Positions 1-12,625 of a DNA stretch of 64,000 nucleotides are shown one piece after another. Source of the stretch: an uncultured cyanobacterium (lineage in GTDB: Bacteria; Cyanobacteriota; Cyanobacteriia; Cyanobacteriales; CAWCAG01). The notes under the pieces were generated by a model. The model saw only the letters and a program-made list of their open reading frames with translations. It did no database searches and was not told the origin of the DNA. The stretch's first letter is position 1. Each line of letters starts with the position of its first letter. The DNA is taken from positions 1-64,000 of the forward strand of contig CAWDOD010000008.1 of the NCBI GenBank assembly GCA_963803805.1, given 5' to 3'. The position numbers were made by a program, and so were the translations under genes.

Positions 1-948
1 AAGAGCAAAGAATTAGAGAAAAAAAATTCGGGATATAGCTAAATCACTCCAAGTACGCCAAGAAGTAGCTCAGTTGCGTCAAAGTACGTGGAAAATATTG
101 CCAAATGAAAGAAACGTCCTGAGACTACAACTAAAAGTTCTTTAGAACAACAATTAGCTCAAAAAGACCAACAATTAGCCCAGAAAAATCAACAATTAGC
201 CCAGAAAATACAAAACAATGGCTACTGAGACCAAGCGATCGCCTCGCGAGATGATACCCTGCGAGAGCGCAAAATAAGATTGGGTAATGAGAGCGCAAAT
301 TGAAACTTTTGAGGAAAATTACCTAGCCTTACGCCAGGTAACGTTGCGATTGTGAGAGGTCAAACTTTAGCATTTGGAGTTGTACGTATTGTAGATCCCC
401 AAAGTGCCAGTGAAGCTGCTTGAACAGCTACTCAGACAAGCCAATCGTAATGCAATTCAAGTTACTAATCCTGACAATAATGGACTTAGCAATCAAAGAG
501 TAGACAAATTACTCAGCTTCAGGTCGATAATATTATCGAAACTATTCAAACAACTGCCAAGATTATTTTATTCGCCTAGTTGCAGCAGAAAATTATATTC
601 AAGGAGAGCAACAGGTACAAGTTTTCGCGGACATCACTGTTAACAAGGAAATTTTAGCTCCCAATGAGGTCTGTAGCCAAAGTCCCCATTAATGCCCGCA
701 CAGTGTCAGAGCAAGAAATAGAAAAACGTTTAGACTCGCCATCAACTAATCCCAAACTCGCTGTCTTCTGGGTGTAAAATTCAAGAGGAACACGAATATT
801 ATTACTTCGATTAATTTTGTTGAACAACTCAAAGAAGAAGAACAACCTTTTGAATTGTGCCATTGCTTCTCAATTGACTTATTCTTCTGGACCTTTAATT
901 TTGCGTCTAGTTCTCCAAGAAACTGGTAATATTGTTTTTGGTTCTTAA
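1..948 (+). pseudogene. Mirror copy (artefact) of the 3' part of the DUF3084 gene
   Basis: Matches 18822-19781 with frameshifts; ORF 404..643 shares EQLLRQANRNAIQVTNPDNNGLSN. Confidence 0.8.
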
Positions 949-973
949 GCCATAGTCCAATACTAAATACAGG

Positions 974-1793
974 ATGCAAAGAAAATTGGTGGCAAAACAT
1001 CTCTTTTTGATTGGGGAGATTTATATCATTACCTATTAACAATTACCTGGAAGCAATTTTTCAGCTTAACTATTTGTACTTATTTAATTATTAATATCTT
1101 ATTTGCTCTAGCTTATTTAATGCAAAGAAATGGTATAGAAAATGCTCGTCCAGGTTCTTTCATTGATGCTTTTTCTTTTAGTGTTCAAACCATGGCAACT
1201 ATAGGCTATGGAGCTATGTATCCGCGTAGCATCTATACCCATGTTTTAGTAGCTATTGAAGTATTCCTAGGGCTTTTAGGAGTAGCAATGGCAACAGGAT
1301 CGACGTTTGCTCGTTTCTCTAAGCCCACTCCCAGTCAGGTAGCTGTCATTTCTTCCTTTAATGGCATCTGACTTTGATGTTTCGTAGTGCCAATCAACGT
1401 AATAACTTAATTGTCGAAGCTCAAGTTCAAGCCCATTTTTGCGCCAGAAACTTCCTCGGAAGGACATCAACTGCGACGCTTATATAAACTTGATTTGGTG
1501 ATTTTCATACCTATTTTTGCCTTAAGTTGGACTGTGATGCACTCTATTACTGAAGAAAGTCCTCTTTATGAGGTGACTTCAAGGGGAACTCGAAAAGAAT
1601 GGAATGCTCAAATCTCATTGTCATTAGTGGCTCTGACCAAGTGAAACTGTTTCCCAAACAGTCCATGCTCGACACTCTTACAAGGTAGAAGATATTTGTT
1701 GGAATGCTAGTTTTGTAGATGTTGTATTATTATCAACACTTCCATAACGTTAAACCGCTTCTAGGCAATGGAGGAAACAGTAAGAAAGACTAA
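974..1793 (+). pseudogene. Mirror copy (artefact) of the KirBac K+ channel gene
   Basis: Fragment 1120..1371 contains TMATIGYG; mirror of 17917-18780. Confidence 0.8.
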
Positions 1794-1861
1794 GGAGTGA
1801 AAACACCTTTCTACTCCTTAGTAGCCTAGAGCAACCATTAGCCATTAGCCATTAGCCAGCT

Positions 1862-2912
1862 TTAAGAAAGAGTTAAAGTTGGGGACTCAATTTGCTGAGA
1901 ATTCCAGTCTTGATGTTGCCGAACTTGCCCATCAAGCTCATTTGCTCCACCAAACTAGCTAAACGCAAAGCTTTGAGAGCCCGCTCCCCTCCCACAGAGG
2001 TGGATTACCTCCTCGCACACAACTAACAAAATGTTCTAGTTCTGCGTGTAAAGGTTCAATGTTACTAGTATAAACTTTCTCAATTAATCCATCTTGACGC
2101 AGAAAACTCGACCATAGTCCGTAGCAGTTGGCTATGGTTTGACGATGAATCAAAATTTCATTGTTGAGAAAATCTGCTTCTGTAAGAGAATTTTTACAAT
2201 GGGCAGCGATACGACGAATCTTGCGGTGAGTAACTTTACTAGCGGTTAGGGTGGAACCATACCATTGGCAAAGCCTAAAGTTGCAGTTACATAATCGAGA
2301 TAGCCAGAATCAGAAGCACTGCTACCGCTTGTGGTCTCGTATCCGGTGCTACTAATTCTAAGATTAAATCAAATATCGTGGATTATCAATCCAAAACCAC
2401 AGAAAGATCACTCGCCCGATTAGAATAGGGACTCATTCTGTGGCTTCCAAGGCAAGTAATTCTGTTTTGAGAACATTACTTAGTTCTTCTTGAAAAGCAG
2501 GATTAAACCTTTAATGTGCCGCCTGGAGGATAAGCTTTGATTCGGCTGCTGCATTTACTAAAGACTCCGCTTCAGACAATAGAAGCCAAAATGGAGTTTT
2601 CTCAATTAAAACGTGAACGCCAGCTTTTAAACAAGCCATGCCAACTCGATGGTGCAAGCGAGTTGGGACAGCGATACATACTGCATGAACATGGGGCAAA
2701 AGTTCGAGATAATTCTCGGGGCCCTATATTTACTAGCAATATCTAAAACCCTGTTCGATATTCATATCTGAATATCCTACCAATCTACGTTGGAGCAGAC
2801 TGTAGTACGCGGTGGCTACGCTGCCTGATATTACCTACGCCAATAACGCCTATAACGTAGCGTTTGTGGCCGCCGACATCTGCTTTATTTTCACGTTTTC
2901 TCCATCTGACAT
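1862..2912 (-). pseudogene. Mirror copy (artefact) of the Gfo/Idh/MocA oxidoreductase gene
   Basis: Fragments 1959..2153 and 2511..2699 match 16778..17848. Confidence 0.8.
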
Positions 2913-3306
2913 ACTTTATTTACACTCCTCTAACATCTCACCACTAAAATTAAATAGATGAAATCCTTGAAATTCTCAGCCATTGGCAATATAGTACCAC
3001 AGCATATCCAAATGTAAAGAAGTTCAAAGTTTAGTCTGCTGTTACTATACAAAGATTTTCTAGAAGTAGAATTTTTTTTCTGCCTACATCATCGAAGAGC
3101 TAGAGACAATAAAAAGCTCAATGTGGCAGTTTTTCTGCCGTCCATGCTTTAAAGTTTTGTAAACATTTTTTGGCAGGGAGTAGGGAGTAGGGTATTCCAA
3201 AGTGGAGACGCTTGCGCGAAGGCGAAGCCTTGTCGTTAGGCTACAGGAAGTAGCCTTTTAATTGGTGGAGATACAATGGTTAAGGGAAGAGGTAAAGGGT
3301 AAAGTC

Positions 3307-3990
3307 ATGTCTGGAAAGGAGCTCATATTATTATCAGGAGGACTAGACTCTGCAACAGTTTTATACCAAGCCGCGGACACGGCTATCAGTGTTACACTAT
3401 CGCTTTTGATTATCAACAAAGACACCGAAGGGGATTAGTTGTAGCAGTAGGCCATTTGGAATTCTAGAGGTGCAGTTCAACATCAAGTAGTAAGTTTTGA
3501 TTTGCGCCAATGGGGAGGCTCTGCTTTAACGGATGAAGGTCTGGATTTACCTCAAAATCGTTCTCTGGGGGAAATGAACCAGGATATTCCTATTACCTAT
3601 GTTCCTGCCCGGAATACCATTTTTTTAAGCTTCGCTTTGGCTTATGGAGAAACCATAGGAGCAAATCGAGTTATATAGGAGTCAAAGCTCTTCGGACTAT
3701 TCCGGCTATCCGGATTGTCGTCCTGATTCAGTTCAGCTATGCAGGAAGTATTTCGCTTAGGGACAAAAGCGAGGAATCAAGAAGGGATTGCAATTGAGAC
3801 TCCTTTAATTGATTTAAAAAGACCGAAATTATTCAACTAGGCAACCAACTTGGCGTACCTTGGGAACTACCTGGTCTTGTTATGCCTAGGCGATGTAGCT
3901 TGTGGCTTATGCGACTCTTGTCGCTTGCGTTTAGCCGCTTTTGAAGAACTAAGCTCATCTGATCCCTTACCTTATGCCACAAAAAATTGA
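3307..3990 (+). pseudogene. queC: Mirror copy (artefact) of queC
   Basis: Reverse complement of 15694-16383 with indels (LLSGGLDSATVL still readable). Confidence 0.8.
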
Positions 3991-4127
3991 TAATTGCTCA
4001 AAGTCCTAATTTTTAATTTTTAATTCTGACTTCAAGCTATAATCATTCCAGTTTAGAATGAGACAAGTATTTATTTGCTATAAAAGGGTTTTGACTGAAG
4101 ACTTTTTCCATCTTTATTTGGAAATAA

Positions 4128-5470
4128 CTATACTTCCTGACAGTGAATGCGTATTTGTTGCAAACGCTGCCCCTCAGAAGAAACCACTGTAGCTTAACAC
4201 TGTACCGAGTGTTTCTCCTTGGGGAAGGAATTTTCTGGAACTGATAAAACAAAAACCTCCCTAAAGTTTGGTATTGGTTGGTATAGGTAAATTAAGTTCC
4301 AAAATCTCATTAACTTCTTCTACATCCATTCGCGCTTCTATGATGAAAGTTTGGTGATTAAGAATTTGTACCGAACTTCTTCAGAGTTGGCATGAATCAG
4401 CATCATCATCACCAATGATTTCTGAAATCAAGTCTGTAAAAGTAATTAACCCTGCTGTGCCGCCAAATGTAACCACCATAACCATTTCTGAACGTGATTC
4501 CATATTAGGGGTAGCAATTCACTTAAAGGAGTAAATAGTTTTTTTAACAAAAGCGAACTGGTTTTATCCAAGGTTCAAGCAAGTATTCCTTCGTTAATAT
4601 TCCTTGGGATAAGGTTTGAACCAAATTCTTTTAAAATCAATAATACCCAATATGTCATCAAGAGATTCCCCCGTTACAGGATAGCTGGGAATGATTGGTA
4701 GCAGAATATCTCGGTTGAGCAAGGTAGCGAAAGTTACTGTACTAGGAATAGACAAATAACTAGTGCGGGAACCATCACTTCTCCAGCTAAAACTTCACTA
4801 AACTCAAAAACGTTATTGAGTAATTCCCTTTCTTCAGCTTCTAGCCCCGTAGATTCCCTTTCTGTAGTGATAATTAGTTGTAATTCCTGTCACTTGCTTA
4901 TACCAACCTTGTCCCAGTATATTCAACCCCAAAAAGTCGCAATAAATAGCGAGTTGATTGGTTCAAAATCAAATAAAGGGATTGAAAATGCGGGCGATTG
5001 CTAAAAACTAGGTAATTACCAAGTAACCTAGCTAGTTGTTCAGAGTAGATTAAAGCTAAAGATTTAGGGCATAATTCTCCTTAAAACAATTGTAAATAAG
5101 CCAACAGGAAAAAAGCCCCTGCCATAGCTGTAGTGTGAATAAAAAAGGACTGGATTTAAAGGTTGGGGGTACAAGATGTATCTTGACGTCAGCTAGAGTA
5201 TTTTCACCAATCCAACCGAGAGCTAAACTAGAAAGAATAATACTATTTGGGTTGTAGAAAGTAAACGGTCGATGCTACCTTGTAGAGATTGCACGAATTT
5301 TTGCTTGAACATCTCCGGCTTCTACTAACTGACTAAATCCTGACCGATGCACAGAGAGAGAATAGCAAACTCTGCTGTCACAAAAAAAGCATTAATTGCT
5401 ATTAGTAATAAAACTGACAATAATCGCCAAAAAAGTCTTTACCAGTGAGTTGAGGCGAAGCACCGATGGC
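4128..5470 (-). pseudogene. Mirror copy (artefact) of the hemolysin-family/CNNM gene
   Basis: Mirror of 14224-15558. Confidence 0.78.
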
Positions 5471-5572
5471 GAAGAAAATTAAATTAGGGGCGACCATGAG
5501 AAAAATTAACTGTCAGTATTAAGTTGGAAGATATAACTATTGCCCTGGATATAAACACTGCAATTTGGGTTT

Positions 5573-6234
5573 TTACCTCACACAAATTAGATCTTAATTG
5601 GAGTTTTTGATAATCAGTCAATGTTAAAGAGATGTTTTTGGCATCTTCTAACAAAGCGGTGGGAATTCTCACTTTACCAGAAAATTCCCGTCCATTAGAT
5701 GGTAATTCCCCTGGTAGCCCCTCTGTAATAGCGCTAAGGGTGCTTGCCTTGCTCATCTTTGACATCCAAGAAACTATAAAGAAATCTGACTTCTTGAGGA
5801 GCCTTGATTTTTCATATTCACATCTAGCAACAAAGAGCCTCCTTGTTGGCTAGCACCGACCACTTCTAAGGTTACCCCTTGATTTCTTGGCTTGTAATCG
5901 GAAAATTTCCTGTAATAGTGGTTTCTTTCTTCTTCAGTCTCTTTTTCTCTTCTACGTTTTTTGTGTCATCTTCTTTCTTTTCCTCTAGTCTGAGATGGTG
6001 CTAGTACTGTCGATTTTCTCGGAAACTTTGGCTAAGACAGTTGCTCACTCAGCATTTGACCTCTTTCTTGACCTGAGGGCAGAAGCTTTATCTCCAGATA
6101 ATTTTTTCTCGGTGGCTTATATTTAAGGCTCCGTATCCTAAAGTATATCCCCATAAGGCGCTAACAGTTCCCGCACCTACATTAATTCTTGCCAAAAGGA
6201 TTAAAGTAAAGGCTACAGTTGAGTTCAGTTTCAT
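5573..6234 (-). pseudogene. Mirror copy (artefact) of hypothetical gene 13426..14118
   Basis: Fragment 5484..5765 shares LSAITEGLPGELPSNGREFSGKVRIP. Confidence 0.78.
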
Positions 6235-6414
6235 AGAAGTTTAGCTAGAAAAACTATAAGTGTTCTTTTTCCTCAAGGTGGCAGCGAGGATAACAACAGT
6301 ACAATAATAATACACAATAAAAACGATTTTCTTACTGATTGAAGCAGATTGCTTAGATTACTATTCGGCTATTTGGGGTTGGGGATATATATAATAGTAA
6401 TCTCAAAAAATTAA

Positions 6415-6485
6415 CCAGGGTTGTGATTTAGCGGTTGAGGCAGTGAACTCATAATTCGCCCTAGGCAGGTTATCTGCACCCTGGA
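6415..6485 (+). pseudogene. Mirror copy (artefact) of tRNA-CAU with miscalled D and T arms
   Basis: ccagggtt...ctcataattcgccctaggcagg...accctgga mirrors 13168-13240. Confidence 0.75.
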
Positions 6486-7133
6486 TTGTATTGTTGTATT
6501 AAAGAAATCGGTTTTTCTGGGTCGCTATCGTGGCCGCTACCCCAGAAAAACCCAGTTAAACGTACTTCAAATAGTAGGGTAAATTATTTATTCAAAAGGT
6601 TGTCTTTCAAAAATGAACTCACTACCGCTGGGAAGCAACAGTGGTAGGGCGATAACCAGCGGCCGCCAAGAAAGATGAATTATAAGGATTAGTTAAGTTG
6701 GAGCGCGAATAGTTTGCCGCTAATAAAACTTGTTCTTCTAAAGTATAGAGGTAAAGATTTATGAACTCGGTTTAAGTTGGGTAACAAGTTCATTTTCTAA
6801 AAAGGAAGGACGAAGAAAGGAACCTAAGCCGAACATATACTCTACTTGCCGTACAAAGCCCTTATGGTTTCAAAAAAGTCACCTGACTCTTCGGTTACAT
6901 TCTCAAAAGGAGTTCTGGGTATGTTGTAAATCCACCACATCTTGAGCTATGACACTAGTATCCTTCATGCTAGAGGTAATAGCTAGGGCTAAAGAAGTAG
7001 TTAATAAATGAGTTAAACCGCATCGACATCAATTTTTAAGAAGTAAATTTGGTCGTAATTTTACTAATCTTCGTAGAAAAAAACCTTGCAATGTAGTAGG
7101 TTATTAAGACCATAAGGATTTTCATCTTATACT

Positions 7134-7760
7134 ATGCTCCATTCAATGGTTAATAATATTCAATCTAGACTCGCTTCTACTCAAGCTTCTTAACAGTTTT
7201 CCGTCAATCACTTTTGCATTTGTTGGTTAGTTTTGCTTATCGAGAAGGAGACTTTACCCTCTCTTCTGGACAAAAGAGTTCTTACTACATTAATGGTAAA
7301 GAAGTTACTCTCAGACAGGCTTTAGCTGTGGGCTATTTACTCTTGAATAAGTTGCCAAAAGATACTCAAGCTGTAGCTGGTTTAACTTTAAGGGCAGATC
7401 CCCTAGTTACGGCGGTAAGTTTAGTTTCTGCTTGGGAGAATCGCCCAATACCGGGTTTGATTTATCGTAAAGAAGCTAAAGGTCATGGTACAAAAGCTTA
7501 TATAGAAAAGGGCCTGAGTTTAGAAGCAGGAGCTAAGATAGTTGTACTCGAAAGATGTGGTTACGACTGGTAAGTCAGCAATGTTGGCAGTGGAACGTTT
7601 AAGGGCAGCAAGTTATCAAGTTAATTATGCTGATTTTTGAGTAGATAGACAGCAAGGAGGGTCGAACTTTTATCAAGAAAAAGGTTTGGATTTTGAAGCC
7701 GTTTTTGCCTTAGATGAAATTCAACACAAATATCGCTCTTTAACAATTGATAATTGCTAG
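7134..7760 (+). pseudogene. pyrE: Mirror copy (artefact) of pyrE
   Basis: ORF 7214..7573 matches 11897..12523 with frameshifts. Confidence 0.8.
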
Positions 7761-7835
7761 TTGTCTTATTCTCCCTGGAGTTTTTCCCTGAGCTTGTGTA
7801 TGGGTAAAAACCTATATTTGAATTTTGAATTGATA

Positions 7836-9203
7836 TCAGTCTCCCTGATGCACTGTCTTCACCCACTTGAGACGCTTGGGGCGAATAGACATTCTTGCAG
7901 TAGTACTGCCCATAATGTAGAGTGAGTGAAACATATAAACCATACCTCTAAGAAGTCTCGAAGGTTAAAGTTAACCAATTATAGAAACTCAGTTTCTCTT
8001 TTGGGTTAACTTGGCGCAACCCCCTTATTGCCCAGGAAAGCATAGCCATACTCAAAGTTGTCATAGGCATCTTAGACCATAGATGGTTGCGGGTAAACGC
8101 CATAAGGAAGTCTGGTAGGGCTGCTATGGGCAGGAGATATTGAAATCTATTACAAAGAGATTATTTCCCAGGTTTTACAACCCATGCGATTGCTAGCAAT
8201 AAGTTTCCAATAATCTAAGTAGCGCTGGTAATCCTCCGCCCACGGTTACGTTGATGCCAAAGGGAGAGGGCTGTTTCTATCTCTTCTACTGGGGGGAATT
8301 GAAGAAAGTCTATTTTCCAGCCATCTAGGTGGAGGCGTAGGGTTAAATCCAGGTCATCGGTGATGGTTTGTTCATTCCAACCACCATACTCATCCAGCAG
8401 TGCGACGAACAAATTGACTGTTACCTCGTAACTCCCCAACACCCACCAATGGCGATACGTTGGCGTTGCAAGTAGCTATCTGAAGCCCATTTCTGCCCTT
8501 TGCCCTTTTGTCCAAAAGTTAGTGCCAAAGTTGGTGATTTCTTTTCTGGTTTGTACCGCCCCGACTTGCTTTTGGTCAAACATGGGTACTATTTGTCTGA
8601 GTAAGTTTGGCATCAGCATCAAAAGACAGCGATGATTTCTCCCTTGGTGAGGGATAGCACTTGGTTGAGAGCGCCAGATTTACCGCCCCCAGCCCCGAAG
8701 GCACGATCTGATACTTGAAGTTGATTGGTGAAGAGGAGCCAATTCAGCTAAGATTTTACCGGTTTTATCGGTGCTATGATTGTTAATTACCCAACATCAT
8801 ATTTGTCTCTTGGGGTAAACTAAATTAGAGCCTTTCTACTAAATTAGCAATGACTGTCAGCGGCAACTAGAAGAGAAACTTTCGGGGCAGTAGCTAAGGC
8901 ATTATCCCCTAAAAAGGCTGATGCTTAGTTTCTGATTTGGTGAGAACTAAGCGTAACGCTTAAAAATGCTAGTTAAAATTGATACTAACCAATAACCCCA
9001 GGAAACGAGGTTGAGAAGCACAGATTCCCCAAATTAACGTCAATACCAGAGCCGCTTTGCGCGTTACGTCCTGCTAATCCTTCAAAAAAATCACTTCTAA
9101 ATTCTTCTTCTTCTTCTTCAGGATTCTCATCAGTTGTGCTGAAAAAAGAGCTAATGGTGTCAAACTCATTACTCTTATCGCTTTTACTCCAAGAATTCTG
9201 CAT
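7836..9203 (-). pseudogene. mgdA: Mirror copy (artefact) of mgdA
   Basis: Fragments 8215..8442 (GGWNEQTITDDLDLTLRLHL) and 8985..9203 match 10408-11815. Confidence 0.8.
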
Positions 9204-9433
9204 GGGTTAAATATTATTAAATCTTTTTTTACTTTTGATGGATATAGTTTGGCTTAATTGTAAAGGGAAACTGTTAACTTTCTTAGAGATTTCTTAAACT
9301 TATGTCTACTTATTTAACAATCAAATATGCTTTAAAGCTTAGATAATGTTTGTTTGGGCTTGATTTTGCTTAAAATAATGCTTATAAGAATATGTTGAGC
9401 TACTTAACTTTTCACAATAAAACTTAAAATTTA

Positions 9434-9803
9434 ATGACAACTAACTTCATAGCAGTAACAGCAGTAGGACTAATTTCTGTAGTTTGGGTAGAACTAATTA
9501 GGGATTTTTATCATGCCCTCTCACACCAATGGAAACCTTTATACCGCTTGCACGTTTGGCATCATCGTGTTTTCCTGTCTCTGACTCTCTCAGCAGTCAG
9601 TACAGCTATTTATCGGCAAGCTCATTGGTATAATGATGTACCCGAATCTTTGGCGATGCTTGCTTTTAGCTTCTTACCTTGGTCACAATTCATTTTTGGT
9701 TCCCTCAACAAACAGGGCTTAGCTTGGGCAGGTTCAGTTATCTTAAGCTTTTTGTTGAGTGCGATCGCTAGGGGAACAGGTTTAGCCTATGCAGATGAGT
9801 TAA
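9434..9803 (+). pseudogene. Mirror copy (artefact) of the mgdE 5' part
   Basis: ORF 9434..9844 is nearly identical to 9768..10178 on the opposite strand. Confidence 0.8.
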
Positions 9804-10178
9804 GTCGGTTAACTCATCTGCATAGGCTAAACCTGTTCCCCTAGCGATCGCACTCAACAAAAAGCTTAAGGTATAAACTGAACCTGCCCAAGCTAAGCCC
9901 TGTTGTTGAGGGAACCAAAAATGAATTGTGAGCCAAGGTAAGAAGCTAAAAGCAAGCATCACCAAAGATTCGGGTACATCATTATACCAATGAGCTTGCC
10001 GATAAATAGCTGTACTGACTGCTGACAAGTCAGGACGGAAAACACGATGATGCCAAACGTGCAAGCGGTATAAAGGTTTCCATTGGTGTGAGAGGGCATG
10101 ATAAAAATCCCTAATTAGTTCTACCCAAACTACAGAAATTAGTCCTACTGCTGTTACTGCTATGAAGTTAGTTGTCAT
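9794..10178 (-). CDS. mgdE: N-terminal fatty-acid-hydroxylase-like part of the probable monoglucosyldiacylglycerol epimerase MgdE, cut off by the fold-back
   Basis: His boxes HALSH and HVWHH. Divergent from an mgdA-like GT2 gene, and mgdE/mgdA are neighbours in Synechocystis (sll1376/sll1377). The C-terminal Rossmann domain is not in the window. Confidence 0.7.
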
Positions 10179-10407
10179 TAAATTTAAGTTTTATTGTGAA
10201 AAGTTAAGTAGCTCAACATATTCTTATAAGCATTATTTTAAGCAAAATCAAGCCCAAACAAACATTATCTAAGCTTTAAAGCATATTTGATTGTTAAATA
10301 AGTAGACATAAGTTTAAGAAATCTCTAAGAAAGTTAACAGTTTCCCTTACAATTAAGCCAAACTATATCCATCAAAAGTAAAAAAAGATTTTAATAATAT
10401 TTAACCC

Positions 10408-11815
10408 ATGCCAGAGAATTCTTGGAGTAAAAGCGATAAGAGTAATGAGTTTGACACCATTAGCTCTTTTTGCGAAACTGGTCAGATCCTGAAGAAGAAG
10501 AAGAAGAATTTAGAAGTGATTTTTTTGAAGGATTAGCAGGACGTAGACGCAAAGCGGCTCTGGTATTGACGTTAATTTGGGAGTTGTTGTTGCTCTCAAC
10601 CTCGTTTCCTGGGGTTATTGGTTAGTATCAATTTTAACTAGCATTTTAGTCATACAAGCGTTACGCTTAGTTCTAACCAAATCAGAAACTAAGCATCAGC
10701 CTTTAGGGGATAATGCCTTAGCTACTGCCCCGAAAGTTTCTCTTCTAGTTGCCGCTAAAAATGAAGAAGCAGTCATTGCTAATTTAGTAGAAAGGCTCTG
10801 CAATTTAGATTACCCCCAAGACAAATATGAAGTGTGGGTAATTAACGATCATAGCACCGATAAAACCGGTAAAATCTTAGCTGAATTGGCTCCTCTTCAC
10901 AATCAACTTCAAGTATTGCATCGTCCTGCCGGGGCTGGGGGCGGTAAATCTGGCGCTCTCAACCAAGTGCTATCCCTCACCAAGGGAGAAATCATCGCTG
11001 TCTTTGATGCTGATGCCAAAGTCTCCCCAAACTTACTCAGACAAATAGTACCCATGTTTGACCAAAAGCAAGTCGGGGCGGTACAAACCAGAAAAGAGAT
11101 CACCAACTTTGGCACTAACTTTTGGACAAAAGGGCAAAGGGCAGAAATGGCTTTAGATAGCTACTTGCAACGCCAACGTATCGCCATTGGTGGTATTGGG
11201 GAGTTACGAGGTAACGGTCAATTTGTTCGTCGCACTGCCCTAGATAGCTGTGGTGGTTGGAATGAACAAACCATCACCGATGACCTGGATTTAACCCTAC
11301 GCCTCCACCTAGATGGCTGGAAAATAGACTTTCTTCAATTCCCCCCAGTAGAAGAAGAAGGAGTAGAAACAGCCCTCTCCCTTTGGCATCAACGTAACCG
11401 TTGGGCAGAAGGAGGTTACCAGCGCTACTTAGATTATTGGAAACTTATTGCTAGCAATCGCATGGGCATTGGTAAAACCTGGGAAATGATCTCTTTTGTA
11501 ATCATTCAATATCTCCTGCCCATAGCAGCCCTACCAGACTTCCTTATGGCGTTTACCCGCAACCGTCCTCCGGTACTAATGCCTGTGACAACTTTGAGTA
11601 TGGCTATGCTTTCCTGGGCAATGTTAAGGGGGTTGCGCCAAGTTAACCCAAAAGAGAAACTGAGTTTCTATAATTGGTTAACTTTAACCTTCGAGACTCT
11701 TAGAGGTATGGTTTATATGTTTCACTGGCTCATTATTATGGGCAGTACTACTGCAAGAATGTCTATTCGCCCCAAGCGTCTCAAGTGGGTGAAGACAGTG
11801 CATCAGGGAGACTGA
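10408..11815 (+). CDS. mgdA: GT2 glycosyltransferase, monoglucosyldiacylglycerol synthase (apparent frameshift near 10470-10490)
   Basis: AAKNEEAVI, GGKSGALN, VFDADA, TDDLDL and QRNRW motifs. ATG at 10408 (MPENSW); the mirror copy reads through the acidic EEEEEEFRSDFF segment in frame. Confidence 0.85.
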
Positions 11816-11896
11816 TATCAATTCAAAATTCAAAATATAGGATTTTACCCATACACAAGCTCATATTTAGAAAAGGGAGTAGGGAGAATAAGACAA

Positions 11897-12523
11897 CTAG
11901 CAATTATCAATTGTTAAAGAGCGATATTTGTGTTGAATTTCATCTAAGGCAAAAACGGCTTCAAAATCCAAACCTTTTTCTTGATAAAACTCAGACCCTC
12001 CTTGCTGTCTATCTACTAGAGAAATCACATAATTAACTTGATAACTTGCTGCCCTTAAACGTTCCACTGCCAACATTGCTGACTTACCAGTCGTAACCAC
12101 ATCTTCGAGTACAACTATCTTAGCTCCTGCTTCTAAACTAGGCCCTTCTATATAAGCTTTTGTACCATGACCTTTAGCTTCTTTACGAATAATCAAACCC
12201 GGTATTGGGCGATTCTCCCAAGCAGAAACTAAACTTACCGCCGTAACTAGGGGATCTGCCCCTAAAGTTAAACCAGCTACAGCTTGAGTATCTTTTGGCA
12301 ACTTATTCAAGAGTAAATAGCCCACAGCTAAAGCCCCTTCTGCTCTGAGAGTAACTTCTTTACCATTAATGTAGTAAGAACTCTTTTGTCCAGAAGAGAG
12401 GGTAAAGTCTCCTTCTCGATAAGCAAAACTAACCAACAAATCCAAAAGTGATTGACGGAAAACTGTTAAATCTTGAGTAGAAGCGAGTCTAGATTGAATA
12501 TTATTAACCATTGAATGGAGCAT
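11897..12523 (-). CDS. pyrE: Orotate phosphoribosyltransferase
   Basis: FTLSSGQKSSYYIN, RKEAKGHG and PRPP motif VVLEDVVTTGKS. Confidence 0.95.
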   Translation of the reverse strand: MLHSMVNNIQSRLASTQDLTVFRQSLLDLLVSFAYREGDFTLSSGQKSSYYINGKEVTLRAEGALAVGYLLLNKLPKDTQAVAGLTLGADPLVTAVSLVSAWENRPIPGLIIRKEAKGHGTKAYIEGPSLEAGAKIVVLEDVVTTGKSAMLAVERLRAASYQVNYVISLVDRQQGGSEFYQEKGLDFEAVFALDEIQHKYRSLTIDNC

Positions 12524-12625
12524 AGTATAAGATGAAGATCCTTATGGTCTTAATAACCTACTACATTGAGAAGGTTTTTTTCTACGAAGATTCAGTTAAA
12601 ATTGAGCCAAATTTACTTCTTAAAA

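Larger units (their letters stand above)
1..9803. repeat. Left arm of ~9.8 kb fold-back inverted duplication (error-rich mirror of 9809-19781, probable sequencing/assembly artefact)
   Basis: Base 1 (aagagcaaagaattagag) is the reverse complement of sequence ending at 19781. The arms meet at gatgagttaa-gtcgg-ttaactcatc (9794-9818). Same genes in mirror order, with frequent indels and scrambled patches. Confidence 0.97.

Noticed and set aside
1..9803. Genuine pseudogene cluster or segmental duplication
   Set aside because: Exact mirror geometry, indel-dominated and motif-biased errors, and truncation of mgdE all point to a fold-back read.
9794..9818. Protelomerase hairpin telomere of a linear chromosome
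   Set aside because: Falls inside a coding sequence, the mirror arm has single-read quality, and no resolvase is in the window. Not formally excluded.
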